Shown: piece by piece, positions 49,026-59,074 of the stretch
How the letters are laid out: each line of letters begins with the position of its first letter
Position numbering within the stretch: position 1 is the first letter of the stretch
Assembly: GCA_963705305.1 (NCBI GenBank)
Contig: OY970067.1
Location: 4,000,001-4,064,000 of the forward strand
DNA length: 64,000 nt
DNA from: an uncultured Methylomirabilota bacterium
GTDB taxonomy: Bacteria > Methylomirabilota > Methylomirabilia > Methylomirabilales > 2-02-FULL-66-22
Direction: 5' to 3'
The notes under the pieces: model-generated
The model's database searches: none
What the model saw: only the letters and a program-made list of their open reading frames with translations
Told to the model about the DNA's origin: nothing
Made by a program: the position numbers and the translations under genes

Positions 49026-50193
49026 GTCTACCGTGTCACACAGATGCCATCTTATGCAGCACTGCTCGAGCCCGCTCGACTTTCGCCAGGATGTCCTCCA
49101 CCTTGGCCGTCCAGGTGAACGACCGGGGGTGGCGGTTGTGGTGTGCGATGAAGGCCTCAATGGCGGCGATGAGGTCGGCGACGCTCTTGAAGACGCCCCG
49201 GCGGAGCCGCTTGGTCGTGAGCTCCCGGAACCACCGCTCGATGAGATTCAACCACGAGCTGCTGGTCGGAATGAAGTGCATGTGGAAGCGTGGGTGGCGG
49301 GCGAGCCAGCGCTGGACCGCAGGGTGTTTATGGGTGGCGTAGTTGTCCACGATCAGGTGGAGGTCCAGGTCGGGCGGGGTCTGCGCGTCGATCAGCCGGA
49401 GGAACCGGAGCCACTCCTGGTGCCGATGCTTGGGCAGGCACGTGCCGATGAGCTGGCCCGTCACGAGCCCCAGGGCGGCGAAGAGCGTGGTCGTGCCGTT
49501 CCGCTTGTAGTCGTGGGTCAGGGTGCCGCACCGGCCCTTCTTCAGCGGGAGGCCGGGTTGGGTGCGGTCGAGCGCTTGGATCTGGCTCTTCTCGTCGGCG
49601 CACAGCACCAACGCGTGCTCAGGGGGATTCAGGTACAGCCCCACCACATCGGTCAGCTTCTCGAGGAACCGCCGGTCGCGGCTCACCTTGAACGGGCGGA
49701 CCCGATGCGGCTTCAGGCCGTGGGCCTGCCAGACCCGGTGCACGGTCTTCGGGCTCACGCCGACCGCGGCCGCCAGGGTCCGCGTGCTCCAGTGGGTGGC
49801 GGCGGGCGGCGCGCTGGTTGTCGTCAGGGTGACGATGCGCTGCAGGACCGCCGGGGCGATGGCGGGCGTCCGGCCGGGGCGCGGGGCATCCCGCTCGATC
49901 CCGGCCAGCCGCTGCTGGGCGAAGCGAGTCCGCCACCGACCCACACACTCGCGATCCGTGTCCAGGGCCCGGGCGACCTCGTCGTTCCGCTGCCCCGCCG
50001 CCGCGCGCAGGACGATCTGCGCCCGGCGCACGAGGCGCGCGGGGGTGCGCCGCCCCCGTGCCCAGCGTTCCAAGATGGTGCGTTCCTGCGGGCTCAGCAC
50101 AATCGGCACCGCCACACGCATGGCTTGCTCCTCCTCACCGAGGAGCATACCAGAGTACGTACTATAAGTCACCGTATTTATGACACACTAGAC
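49026..50193 (-). mobile_element. IS630-family element, TA target duplicated within CTAG
   Basis: CTAGTCTACCGTGTCACA / TATGACACACTAGACTAG ends. Confidence 0.92.
49036..50121 (-). CDS. IS630 transposase (apparently intact)
   Basis: [44 protein letters not shown]. Confidence 0.94.
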   Translation of the reverse strand: MRVAVPIVLSPQERTILERWARGRRTPARLVRRAQIVLRAAAGQRNDEVARALDTDRECVGRWRTRFAQQRLAGIERDAPRPGRTPAIAPAVLQRIVTLTTTSAPPAATHWSTRTLAAAVGVSPKTVHRVWQAHGLKPHRVRPFKVSRDRRFLEKLTDVVGLYLNPPEHALVLCADEKSQIQALDRTQPGLPLKKGRCGTLTHDYKRNGTTTLFAALGLVTGQLIGTCLPKHRHQEWLRFLRLIDAQTPPDLDLHLIVDNYATHKHPAVQRWLARHPRFHMHFIPTSSSWLNLIERWFRELTTKRLRRGVFKSVADLIAAIEAFIAHHNRHPRSFTWTAKVEDILAKVERARAVLHKMASV

Positions 50194-50815
50194 TAGATGT
50201 CACGATGGCCATCGCCAGGCGCCAACTCCAGGAGGTCGGCCACGAGGTGGACGTGGTACTCACCTCGGATGATCTGGGCTCCCAGAATGATTTCCTAGTG
50301 AGCCGCGAGCACTATCTCAGGTACATCAAGCCGAGGCAACAGCGCCTCTTCCGGCAAATCAAAGATCTCACGCCGGCCAAGGAGGTCTTCCACTCCTGCG
50401 GCGCGGTGGCTTCGATCATCGATGACCTGATCGAGATGGGTGTGGACGGGCTGAATCCCGTTCAGGCCCAGGCTACTGGGATGCAGCCGGCCGAGTTGAA
50501 GCGGAAGTACCGGGGGCGGATGGCTTTCTGGGGCGGGACGGATGCGCAGGGCATTGTCCCGCGTGGCGGCGTGGCCGAGGTGAAGCGGATGGTCGAGGAG
50601 TTGATCGAGGCCATGGGTGAAGGGGGCGGGTACGTTTTCTCCAACTGTCACAACATCCAGCCGGACGTTCCCCTGGAAAACGTACTGGCCATGTTCGAAC
50701 ACGCCCGGGAGTACGTTCCTTCGTTTGCACACTAGCGTACGTCTAACAAGCCCCTGTTAAACAGGGCAAACAGGGCATCTGAATCCAGAATACCCACAGG
50801 ACACCGGAGGACCCC

Positions 50816-51550
50816 ATGTTCCAGGATGTATTTGCGCTGTTTAATTTTCGAAATACACTTGAGTATCTCCCGGATCTCCTCTGGGCAGCACTGATCAGCG
50901 TCGAACTCACCTTTGCGGTCATGGCGCTCAGCCTCGTATTCGGGTTAATTGTGGCGCTGGCGCGGATGTCCCGTCTTCGGGCCATCCGAACTATCGCGGC
51001 GACCTACGTAGAAATCATGCGCGGAACGCCCTGCCTGCTGCAACTCTTTTATATCTATTTCGTTTTCCCAGCGTTTGGGATCCGGCTCCCTCCGTTTACA
51101 GCGGCCGTGATCGGGCTAACGATGAATTATTCGGCGTACCTATCCGAGGTGTACAGGGCCGGCATTCAAGCGGTTGCGAAGGGGCAACTCGAAGCCGCCC
51201 AGGCCCTCGGGATGTCTCGGGTTCTGATGATGCGATTGATCATTTTGCCGCAAGCAATCCGAATTGTAGTGCCTCCCCTGGGGAACTATTTCATCTCTCT
51301 CTTCAAGGACACATCGCTCGCCTCCACGATTACCCTTCGGGAGTTGATCTTCACCGGACAAATTATGTCGGCGACGAATTTCCAGTATTTCACGATTTTC
51401 ACGATCATCGGAGGCATATACCTCGCGCTCTCGTATCCCGGCGCGCTGGTGGTCCAGGCGCTCGAACGGCGCATGAAGATTGGTTACCGTCCACGCCAAG
51501 CCGCGCGGTTTTCAGGGGGAATCCAAAAAGTATCACAGAGTGCCGTCTAG
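50816..51550 (+). CDS. Polar amino-acid ABC permease
   Basis: [28 protein letters not shown]. Confidence 0.93.
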   Translation: MFQDVFALFNFRNTLEYLPDLLWAALISVELTFAVMALSLVFGLIVALARMSRLRAIRTIAATYVEIMRGTPCLLQLFYIYFVFPAFGIRLPPFTAAVIGLTMNYSAYLSEVYRAGIQAVAKGQLEAAQALGMSRVLMMRLIILPQAIRIVVPPLGNYFISLFKDTSLASTITLRELIFTGQIMSATNFQYFTIFTIIGGIYLALSYPGALVVQALERRMKIGYRPRQAARFSGGIQKVSQSAV

Positions 51551-51561
51551 GAGAGTGAGCA

Positions 51562-52359
51562 ATGATCCGCCTTGAACACGTTCACAAGTCGTTCGGACAC
51601 TTGCAGGTACTGCGCGATGTCTCGCTAGACGTGCAGAAGGGGGAGGTTGTCTGCATCATCGGCCCCTCGGGAGCTGGGAAATCCACCCTGCTGCGGTGCA
51701 TCAACCATCTGGAGCGGATTGATAGCGGGACCATCTATTTCGAGGGCACGCCCATTTACCGTTTCACGAGTCACGGTAAGCTGGTGGTTGATTCGGACCG
51801 CCGGATCGAACAGGTTCGAGCCCAAATCGGGATGGTGTTCCAGTCGTTTAACCTTTTCCCCCATTTCTCCGTGCTGGAGAACATCATGGTGGCCCCGATC
51901 CATGTCCGTGGCGATGCGCGGGATGAGGTGCGGCAGATCGCCCTGGCGCTCCTGACGAAGGTGGGACTGTCCGACAAAGTCGAAGCCTACCCTCATGAGT
52001 TGAGCGGAGGTCAGCAGCAGCGGGTGGCCATAGCCCGGGCGCTGGCGATGCAGCCAAAGGCCATGTTATTTGACGAGGTGACCTCGGCCCTTGACCCGGA
52101 ACTGATCGGTGAAGTGTTGCGTGTCATGCGACAACTCGCGGCCGAGGGTATGACGATGCTCGTCGTGACGCATGAAATGGGGTTCGCCCGCGATATAGCC
52201 GACCGGATCGTGTTCATGGCGGACGGGAGTGTATTGGAAGAAGGCACATCACAACAGATCTTCACCGCCCCGACGAACGAGCGCACCAAGCAGTTTCTCC
52301 AGTCGATCCTGGAGCGCAATGGGGAGCTTGAAGCTGGACCGCAGAGGTCTTCTCCGTAG
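51562..52359 (+). CDS. Polar amino-acid ABC ATP-binding protein
   Basis: [27 protein letters not shown]. Confidence 0.94.
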   Translation: MIRLEHVHKSFGHLQVLRDVSLDVQKGEVVCIIGPSGAGKSTLLRCINHLERIDSGTIYFEGTPIYRFTSHGKLVVDSDRRIEQVRAQIGMVFQSFNLFPHFSVLENIMVAPIHVRGDARDEVRQIALALLTKVGLSDKVEAYPHELSGGQQQRVAIARALAMQPKAMLFDEVTSALDPELIGEVLRVMRQLAAEGMTMLVVTHEMGFARDIADRIVFMADGSVLEEGTSQQIFTAPTNERTKQFLQSILERNGELEAGPQRSSP

Positions 52360-52617
52360 TATGAGGGCACTTAGGCCGCGTCGGGCTGGAACGCGGCGGC
52401 GAAGCCTGTCACCTGACAAGCAGAGGAGTCCTGCTGGTTTGATCGAGCGTTTGTAATCGGGTAGCCCTCGGTCCAGGTCGCACCATGTCAGAAAGGAGGT
52501 GAAACCGAGCTTCCGAGTAGCTAGGATGGGCCGGTCGCATGGCGGACCGACCCGAGAAGCGAGAACGGATCGATTGCTTCATCCCAGTTCTTGTAAGCAG
52601 TAAGGAGGAGTGAGGCC

Positions 52618-53490
52618 ATGCATCCACAATTGCGGGGAATCCTCTGGATAATTCTTACGGTACTATTGTTGGTGGGCACATCAGTTCCAGCATTTGCCGC
52701 TGGCGGAATACCGGGGATCAGCTCATTCAAGGGAGGAGATGGGTCCTTCGATCGCGTCGTCCGCGAAGGGATCGTCATCGCCATCTCCAACGACCCCCCG
52801 TATACTTACCAGGATGAAAAGACAAAAGAGTTCGATGGCGTAGACGTTCGCATCCTGCGGATGGTAACGAAACTCCTCGGGATTCAGAAGGTCCGTTGGG
52901 AGATCGTCCAGTTTGATACCATGATTCCGGGACTCATAGCAAAGCGTTGGGATGTTGTTGGGGACAATATCCATGAGAATGAGAAACGGCTTCCCGTGAT
53001 CGACTTCACGAGCCCGTCTTTCTGGTACGGTACCGCCTTGGCCGTGCAGAAAGGGAACCCGAAGAACATCCATACCTCGGCCGACCTCGCGGGTAAGGTC
53101 GTCGGCGTGGTCCGTGGGGCCTTTCAACACGGCCTTCTTGAAAAGCGTACTGACATCAAAGAACTCAAAATGTACACGTCCACTGAGACAGAGTTAGCCG
53201 ACCTAATGGCCGGCCGTATCGACGTAACCATGGATGATGACATCAAGATCAGCCTGTTCTTGAAGAACCATCCGAACGTTCCGATCGAGTTCGCATCCGG
53301 GTATTCCCCGGCCCTCGAGGAGTATGGCTATGCGCGGTACGGTCTCCGAAAGCAGGATGTTGACCTGAACCACGCCATATCCCGAGCGCTCGAGGAACTG
53401 CGGGCTAATCGCGATGGCATTCCCAAGCTCCTTGAAGAGGCTGGCTTCTCGCTCCGCAACATGTGGTACTGGCCAGCTTGCGGCAAGTAG
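52618..53490 (+). CDS. Family-3 amino-acid ABC substrate-binding protein
   Basis: AAGGAGG RBS, signal peptide, PPY, G.DV, IPGL.AKRWD, DFTSP. Confidence 0.92.
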   Translation: MHPQLRGILWIILTVLLLVGTSVPAFAAGGIPGISSFKGGDGSFDRVVREGIVIAISNDPPYTYQDEKTKEFDGVDVRILRMVTKLLGIQKVRWEIVQFDTMIPGLIAKRWDVVGDNIHENEKRLPVIDFTSPSFWYGTALAVQKGNPKNIHTSADLAGKVVGVVRGAFQHGLLEKRTDIKELKMYTSTETELADLMAGRIDVTMDDDIKISLFLKNHPNVPIEFASGYSPALEEYGYARYGLRKQDVDLNHAISRALEELRANRDGIPKLLEEAGFSLRNMWYWPACGK

Positions 53491-53499
53491 CGCTGCTGC

Positions 53500-53529
53500 A
53501 GCAGGGGCGGGGAGACACCCGCCCCTGCT
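53500..53529 (+). terminator. 12-bp hairpin after the SBP gene
   Basis: AGCAGGGGCGGG-GAGACA-CCCGCCCCTGCT. Confidence 0.6.
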
Positions 53530-53860
53530 CTATGTATTGTGGACACAATCCCGGGCCAACGCATTTTTGAATGGATGGTACTGGCCATCGTGATGAGATA
53601 AACAAAAGCACCCCAGCTCGCGACTTCCCGTTTGAGATCACGCGGAACCCCGCTTGTACAGCATCATGGAGGCCACCCGCTGAGAATCGTAATAACCACT
53701 GGGGCTACCCAGCGTCCATGCTGCTGGGGCGCTGATATATTGTTTTGGCACGGAGTCACGGGAAACGGATTCGTGCACGGCGTAGTCCTCAGACCGTTGC
53801 TGAGTTGGGGTTCGAAATCAAGAAGGATGATGGTACGTGGTAACCATAGGAGAGTCACAC

Positions 53861-54922
53861 ATGCAAGGCGGTGACAACCTAAGAGGCAATGTGCAGACCG
53901 TACTCGGTCCCATTCCTCCTGAGAAACTCGGCGTCACCCTGCCTCACGAGCATGTTCTCATCGATGAGCGATGTATGTTCAGAACGAGAGGTGTAACGGA
54001 CGCGCCTCACGCGGTGGAAGAAGTTATCGCTTCCAATTTATACGAGCTGACATGTGACTGGAAATCTAGTCTGGACAATCTGGTCCTAGACGAGAAGTGT
54101 GTGACGGCCGACCTCGACCTGTTCCGAGTCGAGGGCGGCCAGGCGATCGTCGATGTGACGCCTCGCAATCTCGGACGGGATCCGCTTGGGCTCCAAAGAA
54201 TCGCAAGGTCGACCGGACTGAATATCATTATGGGAGCCGGATACTACGGGGGGGATACTCGGCCAGCTGACATCGAATCTAAGTCGGAGGAGGAGATCGC
54301 TGAGGACCTCGTGCGCGAGGTAAGGATGGGGGTCGGCGATACCGGCGTTCGGCCCGGCGTCATTGGCGAGATCGGTTGTTCCTGGCCGATCCGGACCGGA
54401 GAACGCAAGGTACTCCGAGGAGCCGCGCAGGCGGCCAAGCATACTGGGGCATGCCTGATGGTTCACCCCGGTCTCGATTCGAGTGCGCCCTTTGCCCACT
54501 TGAACGAGGTCGAGAAGGTCGGGCTGGATCCTGAGCGCGTGGTTATGGCGCACGTCGATCACATTCATCCTAGTCGATGTGACAAGGATTGGCTGGCCTC
54601 ACTTGCGGGGGCGGGATGTTTCCTTGCCTTCGATCATTTCGGGAAAGAAGTTTCGTATTATCCTGAGGAAAGCGAGTACGAGATGATCTCGGATGCGGAG
54701 CGCATTCGACGCATCCTGTGGCTGATGGAACGCGGACACGGGAAGCAGATTCATCTGTCTCACGATATTGCCCTGAAAGTTAAGCTGGTTCAATTCGGTG
54801 GATTTGGATACCGACACATTTTGAGACGAGTTGTGCCGAGGTTGAGGAGGCTGGGATTGTCAGACACGGATGTGAAACTGCTGATTGTAGAGAATCCCAT
54901 GAGAGCAATTACGTTTGGATGA
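53861..54922 (+). CDS. Phosphotriesterase-family (PTE/Php-like) metallohydrolase
   Basis: VQTVLG.I, TLPHEH, GRDP, IGEIG, VHPG, AHVD, LSHD. Confidence 0.92.
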   Translation: MQGGDNLRGNVQTVLGPIPPEKLGVTLPHEHVLIDERCMFRTRGVTDAPHAVEEVIASNLYELTCDWKSSLDNLVLDEKCVTADLDLFRVEGGQAIVDVTPRNLGRDPLGLQRIARSTGLNIIMGAGYYGGDTRPADIESKSEEEIAEDLVREVRMGVGDTGVRPGVIGEIGCSWPIRTGERKVLRGAAQAAKHTGACLMVHPGLDSSAPFAHLNEVEKVGLDPERVVMAHVDHIHPSRCDKDWLASLAGAGCFLAFDHFGKEVSYYPEESEYEMISDAERIRRILWLMERGHGKQIHLSHDIALKVKLVQFGGFGYRHILRRVVPRLRRLGLSDTDVKLLIVENPMRAITFG

Positions 54923-55252
54923 GCAGGGCGGTATAGGGGCTTCTCAGGGTTTGGCGGCGGAGACGGTCTGGGTCGTCAGGGTTAGGACCTGTAGAGGAAG
55001 TGCGAATGACCCATCCCGCGATTTTGTGGGGCGATACCCTTACAAACGTAGAGGTCCACACTCCAACCGAAGTCCGGAGACTACCCCATCACCATCGAGC
55101 TATAGCTTGGCATTCGGGCCGTACCGAGTCGCCTGATTTGCGTTTTCGGGATCGACAGCCACATATATGCCAGAGCTCGCTCCGGACGTAGTACCGTTTT
55201 ATCGAACCCGCAGCGCGCCTTCTGAAGCGAACGAATTTGGTGCACATCGGAA

Positions 55253-55608
55253 ATGACGACGCCCCCGAAACTTCAACTCCGGTCGATCTTCGACCTCCTG
55301 AAGGAGCGGTTCTTGGTTCCGTCGTACCAGCGGGGCTATAGGCGGCCCGCGCGGCAGGTCGAGGCGTTGCTCGACGATCTGGCGGCGTTTCAGTTGTCGT
55401 CGCGACAGAGCAACCCCAACACCTTCTACTGCCTGCAGCCGGTCGTCGTCCGTCGGCGCCCCGAGAACGAATGGGAACTTGTCGACGGGCAGCAGCGATT
55501 GACCACGATCTTCTTGATCCTGCGTGCGCTGCGCGATGTGGCGAAGATGCTCAGCCGAGACTGCTACGAGATTGCCTACCAGACGCGCGAAGGAAGCGCA
55601 GAGTTTCT
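55253..55608 (+). pseudogene. DUF262 (GmrSD-like) protein N-terminus, truncated by transposon
   Basis: VPSYQRGY, YCLQPVVV, ELVDGQQRLTT. Confidence 0.88.
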
Positions 55609-55704
55609 TGGGCTAACAACCAGATCATGAGCAAAAGTCCGTGAGGAAAATGGGTGACACTCCGACACCGAGGTTCCCCGGGGGAACCGAAAGGAGTGTG
55701 ACCC

Positions 55705-57591
55705 ATGGAGAGGATCGGCAAGGCAGGAGGGAGGCGGAAGCAGAGCCGGGGGCCGCGGAAGGCAACGCGGCGGGCGGGTGGGGCGCACCCCCACGTCCAC
55801 CCGTTCGAGGTCCGGCGCAAAGCGGTGCAGCTCTGCCTGGAGGAAGGGTTCCCCCCCAAGCAGGTCGCCCGCGAACTCGGCGTCGGCTTCAGTACGCTCG
55901 GGGCGTGGGTGCGCCGGTATCGCGCCGAGGGGGAAGCGGGCCTGCAGGCGAAGCCGACACGGCCGCACCGGCAGCGCCCGAAAGTGGCCCCGGCGGTGAA
56001 GGCGGAGGTCGTCGCCCTCAAGCGGCGCCACCCCGAGGCGGGGATCCAGAAGATCAGCCAGTTCCTGCGGCGCGTGCTGTGCCTGCCGGTGAGCCGGGAG
56101 ACGGTGCGCCGCACCCTGCACGCGCACCAGCTCCTCAAGAAGCCACGCCCCAAACCCCAGCGGAACCCGGCCCGACCGCGCTTCTTCGAGCGCGCCACGC
56201 CGAACCAGCTCTGGCAGACCGACATCTTCACCTTCCGCCTGGGCGGCAAGAACGCTTACCTGATCGGCTTCCTCGACGACCACTCCCGCTACGTGGTGGG
56301 GCTGGACGTCTTCCGCAGCCAGACGGCGGAGCACGTCCTGGAAGTGTACCGCCGGGCGGTGGCGGAGTACGGGGTCCCCAAGGAGCTGCTCTCCGACCAG
56401 GGCCGGCAGTTCTCCAGCTGGCGCGGGACCACCCGGTTCGAGGCGGAGCTCCGGAAGGATCGGGTGCACCACATCAAGAGCCGCCCGCACCACCCCATGA
56501 CCCTGGGCAAGCTGGAGCGCTTCTGGAAGACGATCTGGGAGGAGTTCCTGGCGCGCGCCCAGTTCGAGAGCTTCGAGGCGGCCGGCGAGCGGATCCGGCT
56601 CTGGGGGACGCACGACAACCACCGGCGGCCCCACCAGGCCCTGGAGGGGCTCTGCCCGGCGGATCGCTTCTTCGGCATCGCCCAGGAGCTCCGGCAGGTG
56701 ATCGAGCGGGGCATCCAGGAGAACGTGCTCGAGCTCGCGCTCCGCGGGCAGCCCCAGAGCCCCTTCTACATGGTGGGCCGGCTGGGCGAGCAGTCGGTGG
56801 TGATCCGGGCGGAGAAGGGCCGCGTGAAGATGCTCGTCGATGGCGAGGAATCGCGACCACAGCAGGAGGTGACCTACGACCTGGAAGGAGGGGCCCGTGA
56901 GCACGGAAATCCCAGCCAAACCGGACCCGCTGCGATACAATGCCCAGCAGCGCGTGCAGGCGGTGCTGTCGCTCTGGACCGAGCGGCGGCGCCCGGGGGA
57001 GGTCTGCCAGGAGCTGGCGATCAGCCCGAAGGTGCTCGCCCAGTGGGAACAGCGGGCGCTAGCAGCGATGCTCCAGGCGCTGGCGGCGCCGACGCGCCGC
57101 GACCCGGGCCCCGCGCTGAGCCCGAAGCTGGAGCGCCTGCTCGCGCGGCAAGCCCTGCAGCAGCAGAGCCGCCTGGCCCGACTGGAGCAGCGGCTCACCA
57201 AGCTCCAGGAATCGAAAGCCCCACCGCCGCCCACCAAGTAGAGAAGGCCCGCGGGGCGGGAGGACGCGATGCGCGAGCCGACGGCCAGTCCCCACCAGCA
57301 AGCCCTGGCCCGGCAACGGGCGCAGCTGATCATGCAGGCGCGGAGCGGGGTGGTGAGTGCCCAGGAAGCCGCCCGGCAGCTGGGGGTCTCCCGCAAGACG
57401 GACTCCAAGTGGGAGCGCCGGGCCCTGGCGGCGATGGTCGCGGCCCTGGGCAACCGGGGCCAGGGGCGGTCGGCGCAGCCGCACGACCTGGAGAAGGCGG
57501 CCCTCCGACGCCAGACCCAGGAGCTGCAGGCCCAGCTCACCGTCCTGCAGCAGACGGAGCGGCTCCGGCAGGTGCTCGCGCAGCCGGATAA
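55705..57591 (+). CDS. IS481-like transposase with a long low-complexity tail overlapping the next ORFs
   Basis: HTH, PNQLWQTD, DDHSRY, SDQGRQ, GKLERF, RPHQAL. Confidence 0.85.
   Translation: MERIGKAGGRRKQSRGPRKATRRAGGAHPHVHPFEVRRKAVQLCLEEGFPPKQVARELGVGFSTLGAWVRRYRAEGEAGLQAKPTRPHRQRPKVAPAVKAEVVALKRRHPEAGIQKISQFLRRVLCLPVSRETVRRTLHAHQLLKKPRPKPQRNPARPRFFERATPNQLWQTDIFTFRLGGKNAYLIGFLDDHSRYVVGLDVFRSQTAEHVLEVYRRAVAEYGVPKELLSDQGRQFSSWRGTTRFEAELRKDRVHHIKSRPHHPMTLGKLERFWKTIWEEFLARAQFESFEAAGERIRLWGTHDNHRRPHQALEGLCPADRFFGIAQELRQVIERGIQENVLELALRGQPQSPFYMVGRLGEQSVVIRAEKGRVKMLVDGEESRPQQEVTYDLEGGAREHGNPSQTGPAAIQCPAARAGGAVALDRAAAPGGGLPGAGDQPEGARPVGTAGASSDAPGAGGADAPRPGPRAEPEAGAPARAASPAAAEPPGPTGAAAHQAPGIESPTAAHQVEKARGAGGRDARADGQSPPASPGPATGAADHAGAERGGECPGSRPAAGGLPQDGLQVGAPGPGGDGRGPGQPGPGAVGAAARPGEGGPPTPDPGAAGPAHRPAADGAAPAGARAAG
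56897..57241 (+). CDS. Small HTH/coiled-coil protein of the element
   Basis: AAGGAGG RBS, GTG start; AVLSLW.ERR....VCQEL.I......QW. Confidence 0.7.
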   Translation: MSTEIPAKPDPLRYNAQQRVQAVLSLWTERRRPGEVCQELAISPKVLAQWEQRALAAMLQALAAPTRRDPGPALSPKLERLLARQALQQQSRLARLEQRLTKLQESKAPPPPTK

Positions 57592-57604
57592 AAAAAACCC
57601 CTGA
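57269..57604 (+). CDS. Small HTH protein of the element
   Basis: GGAGG RBS; SAQEAARQLGVSRKT..KWE. Confidence 0.75.
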   Translation: MREPTASPHQQALARQRAQLIMQARSGVVSAQEAARQLGVSRKTDSKWERRALAAMVAALGNRGQGRSAQPHDLEKAALRRQTQELQAQLTVLQQTERLRQVLAQPDKKNP

Positions 57605-57614
57605 GGTGGCCGCG

Positions 57615-58679
57615 ATGCTGATCCCGACCTTCACCCAGCTGAAGCACGACGTGCGCTGGCCCTACGAGCGCCTCTGCCGGGTCCTGGGGGTGCCCTATGG
57701 GACCGTCCGGCGGTGGAAGCAGCGCCTGGCGCAGGGCCAGCCAGCCCGGTTCCCGCCGGGGCCCAAGAAGGTGGCGCCGCTGCGCCTGGACGAACTGCGC
57801 GGGACCGTGGCCCGCCTGGACCACGGCCGCCGGCGCAGCCGAGGCGTCGGGGCGGTGTACCGGCAGTTCCACCCGCAGGTCTCCCGCCGCACGCTGCAGG
57901 CGCTGACCGAGACGCTGCGGCGGCAGCGGGCCCAGCAGTGCCAGGCGGCACTCTGCCACATCACCTGGCAGGTGCCCGGGTTAGTCTGGTCGCTGGACGA
58001 CGCGGAGCTGGCGCGAGGGAGTTCGCCTCTCCTGCGCCTCCATCAAGCGCAGGATCTCGCCTCGCGCTATAAGTTCACACCCTGGGTGGGAGAGCGAATC
58101 TTCGGAGAATCCGTGGCTGCTCGGCTGGAACACCTGTTCTTGCAGTATGGACCGCCGCTGGTGCTCAAGCGCGACAACGGCTCCAATCTCAATCAGCACG
58201 CGGTCGAGGAGGTGCTGGCCCGGTACGGGGTCCTGCCGCTGAACTCGCCTCCCCATTACCCGCCCGACACCGGCGGGATGGAGCGCGCGGTGCGGGAACT
58301 CAAGACGCCGCTGGTGGCGAAGCTCCGCGCCAGCGGTCCGATCCCGGAGTCCCAAGTGCAGAGCTGGGCGGCCCTCTTGGCGCATGACCTGAACCATCGC
58401 CGCCGTCGCTCTCTCCAGGGGGACGTGGCCTGCCGGGTGTTTCAGGATGCCAGGCCAGCCCTGCAGGCGTATACTCGTCGCAAGCGACGGGAGGTCTTCG
58501 AGGAGATCAACGAACTGACCCGGACGCTCATGGAGGCCCAGACGGATTGCACCCCCCGTCACGCCGGAACGGCCCGGCGGCTGGCGGTGGAAGCCTGGTT
58601 ACAAAAACACGGGGTCATAAGCATCACTCAGAACCACAGAGTGTTACCCATTTCCCTCGAAGAAATCGCTCATAATTAG
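57615..58679 (+). CDS. Second integrase-core (DDE) transposase
   Basis: VWSLDD, QDLASRY, KRDNGS, SPP.YP...GGMER; start could be GTG 57606. Confidence 0.8.
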   Translation: MLIPTFTQLKHDVRWPYERLCRVLGVPYGTVRRWKQRLAQGQPARFPPGPKKVAPLRLDELRGTVARLDHGRRRSRGVGAVYRQFHPQVSRRTLQALTETLRRQRAQQCQAALCHITWQVPGLVWSLDDAELARGSSPLLRLHQAQDLASRYKFTPWVGERIFGESVAARLEHLFLQYGPPLVLKRDNGSNLNQHAVEEVLARYGVLPLNSPPHYPPDTGGMERAVRELKTPLVAKLRASGPIPESQVQSWAALLAHDLNHRRRRSLQGDVACRVFQDARPALQAYTRRKRREVFEEINELTRTLMEAQTDCTPRHAGTARRLAVEAWLQKHGVISITQNHRVLPISLEEIAHN

Positions 58680-58741
58680 GTTGGCCCCACACACCCCTCG
58701 GCGAGCGGGAACGCGACCCGCTCGTGTGCTATATCTCGGAA

Positions 58742-59074
58742 ATGCCTGGCCTGGTAGCCGCCCGGGAGATACTCGGTCCCAACCGTGGCCCGGTGGTGTG
58801 GGGGTGCCCAGAGGACTTCGCCGGTTTTCCGACCGCCGATAGTGAGCTCGTCTACCATGTGGAGCTGCGTTCGATGTTTGTGGATGTCGCCGTGAAGACC
58901 GAATCCCAGGACATGGTCACGAAACATCCCATCAGTTCCAACGAGAGGTACCTGCTTCACCACGATGAGACCATAATGGGGCCGCTGTTTGCCCGTGGGG
59001 CCCGACACCAGTGGAAGTGGGATGGTGAGCGCCTCTCGTTACTGGAGGAGGGGTGGTCGACATGGGTGTCGTGA
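58742..59074 (+). CDS. Hypothetical protein, probably a 5'-truncated remnant
   Basis: Protein-like ORF directly after the element's right end; no family recognised. Confidence 0.35.
   Translation: MPGLVAAREILGPNRGPVVWGCPEDFAGFPTADSELVYHVELRSMFVDVAVKTESQDMVTKHPISSNERYLLHHDETIMGPLFARGARHQWKWDGERLSLLEEGWSTWVS

Larger units (their letters stand above)
48429..50735 (+). pseudogene. UroD/MtaA-CmuA family protein interrupted by IS630
   Basis: MTSRER...HRQPDR.P.DLGG before the IS; DDLG.Q, FHSCG, LNPVQ, HNIQPDVP after it. Removing the IS restores DAILDVTM in frame. Confidence 0.9.
55609..58689 (+). mobile_element. 3.1-kb four-ORF element with two DDE transposases (IS481-related)
   Basis: ~50-bp imperfect TG..CA terminal IRs including GAGGAAAATGGGTGACACTC (55643) / GAGTGTTACCCATTTCCCTC (58639). 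Confidence 0.8.

Noticed and set aside
57590..57604. Classical -1 programmed frameshift fusing ORF3 and ORF4 of the four-ORF element
   Set aside because: The frames differ by +1/-2 as sequenced, and ORF4 has its own plausible RBS and start
58724..59074. C-terminal continuation of the DUF262 gene
   Set aside because: No DUF262/DUF1524/HNH motif, and no target duplication around the element
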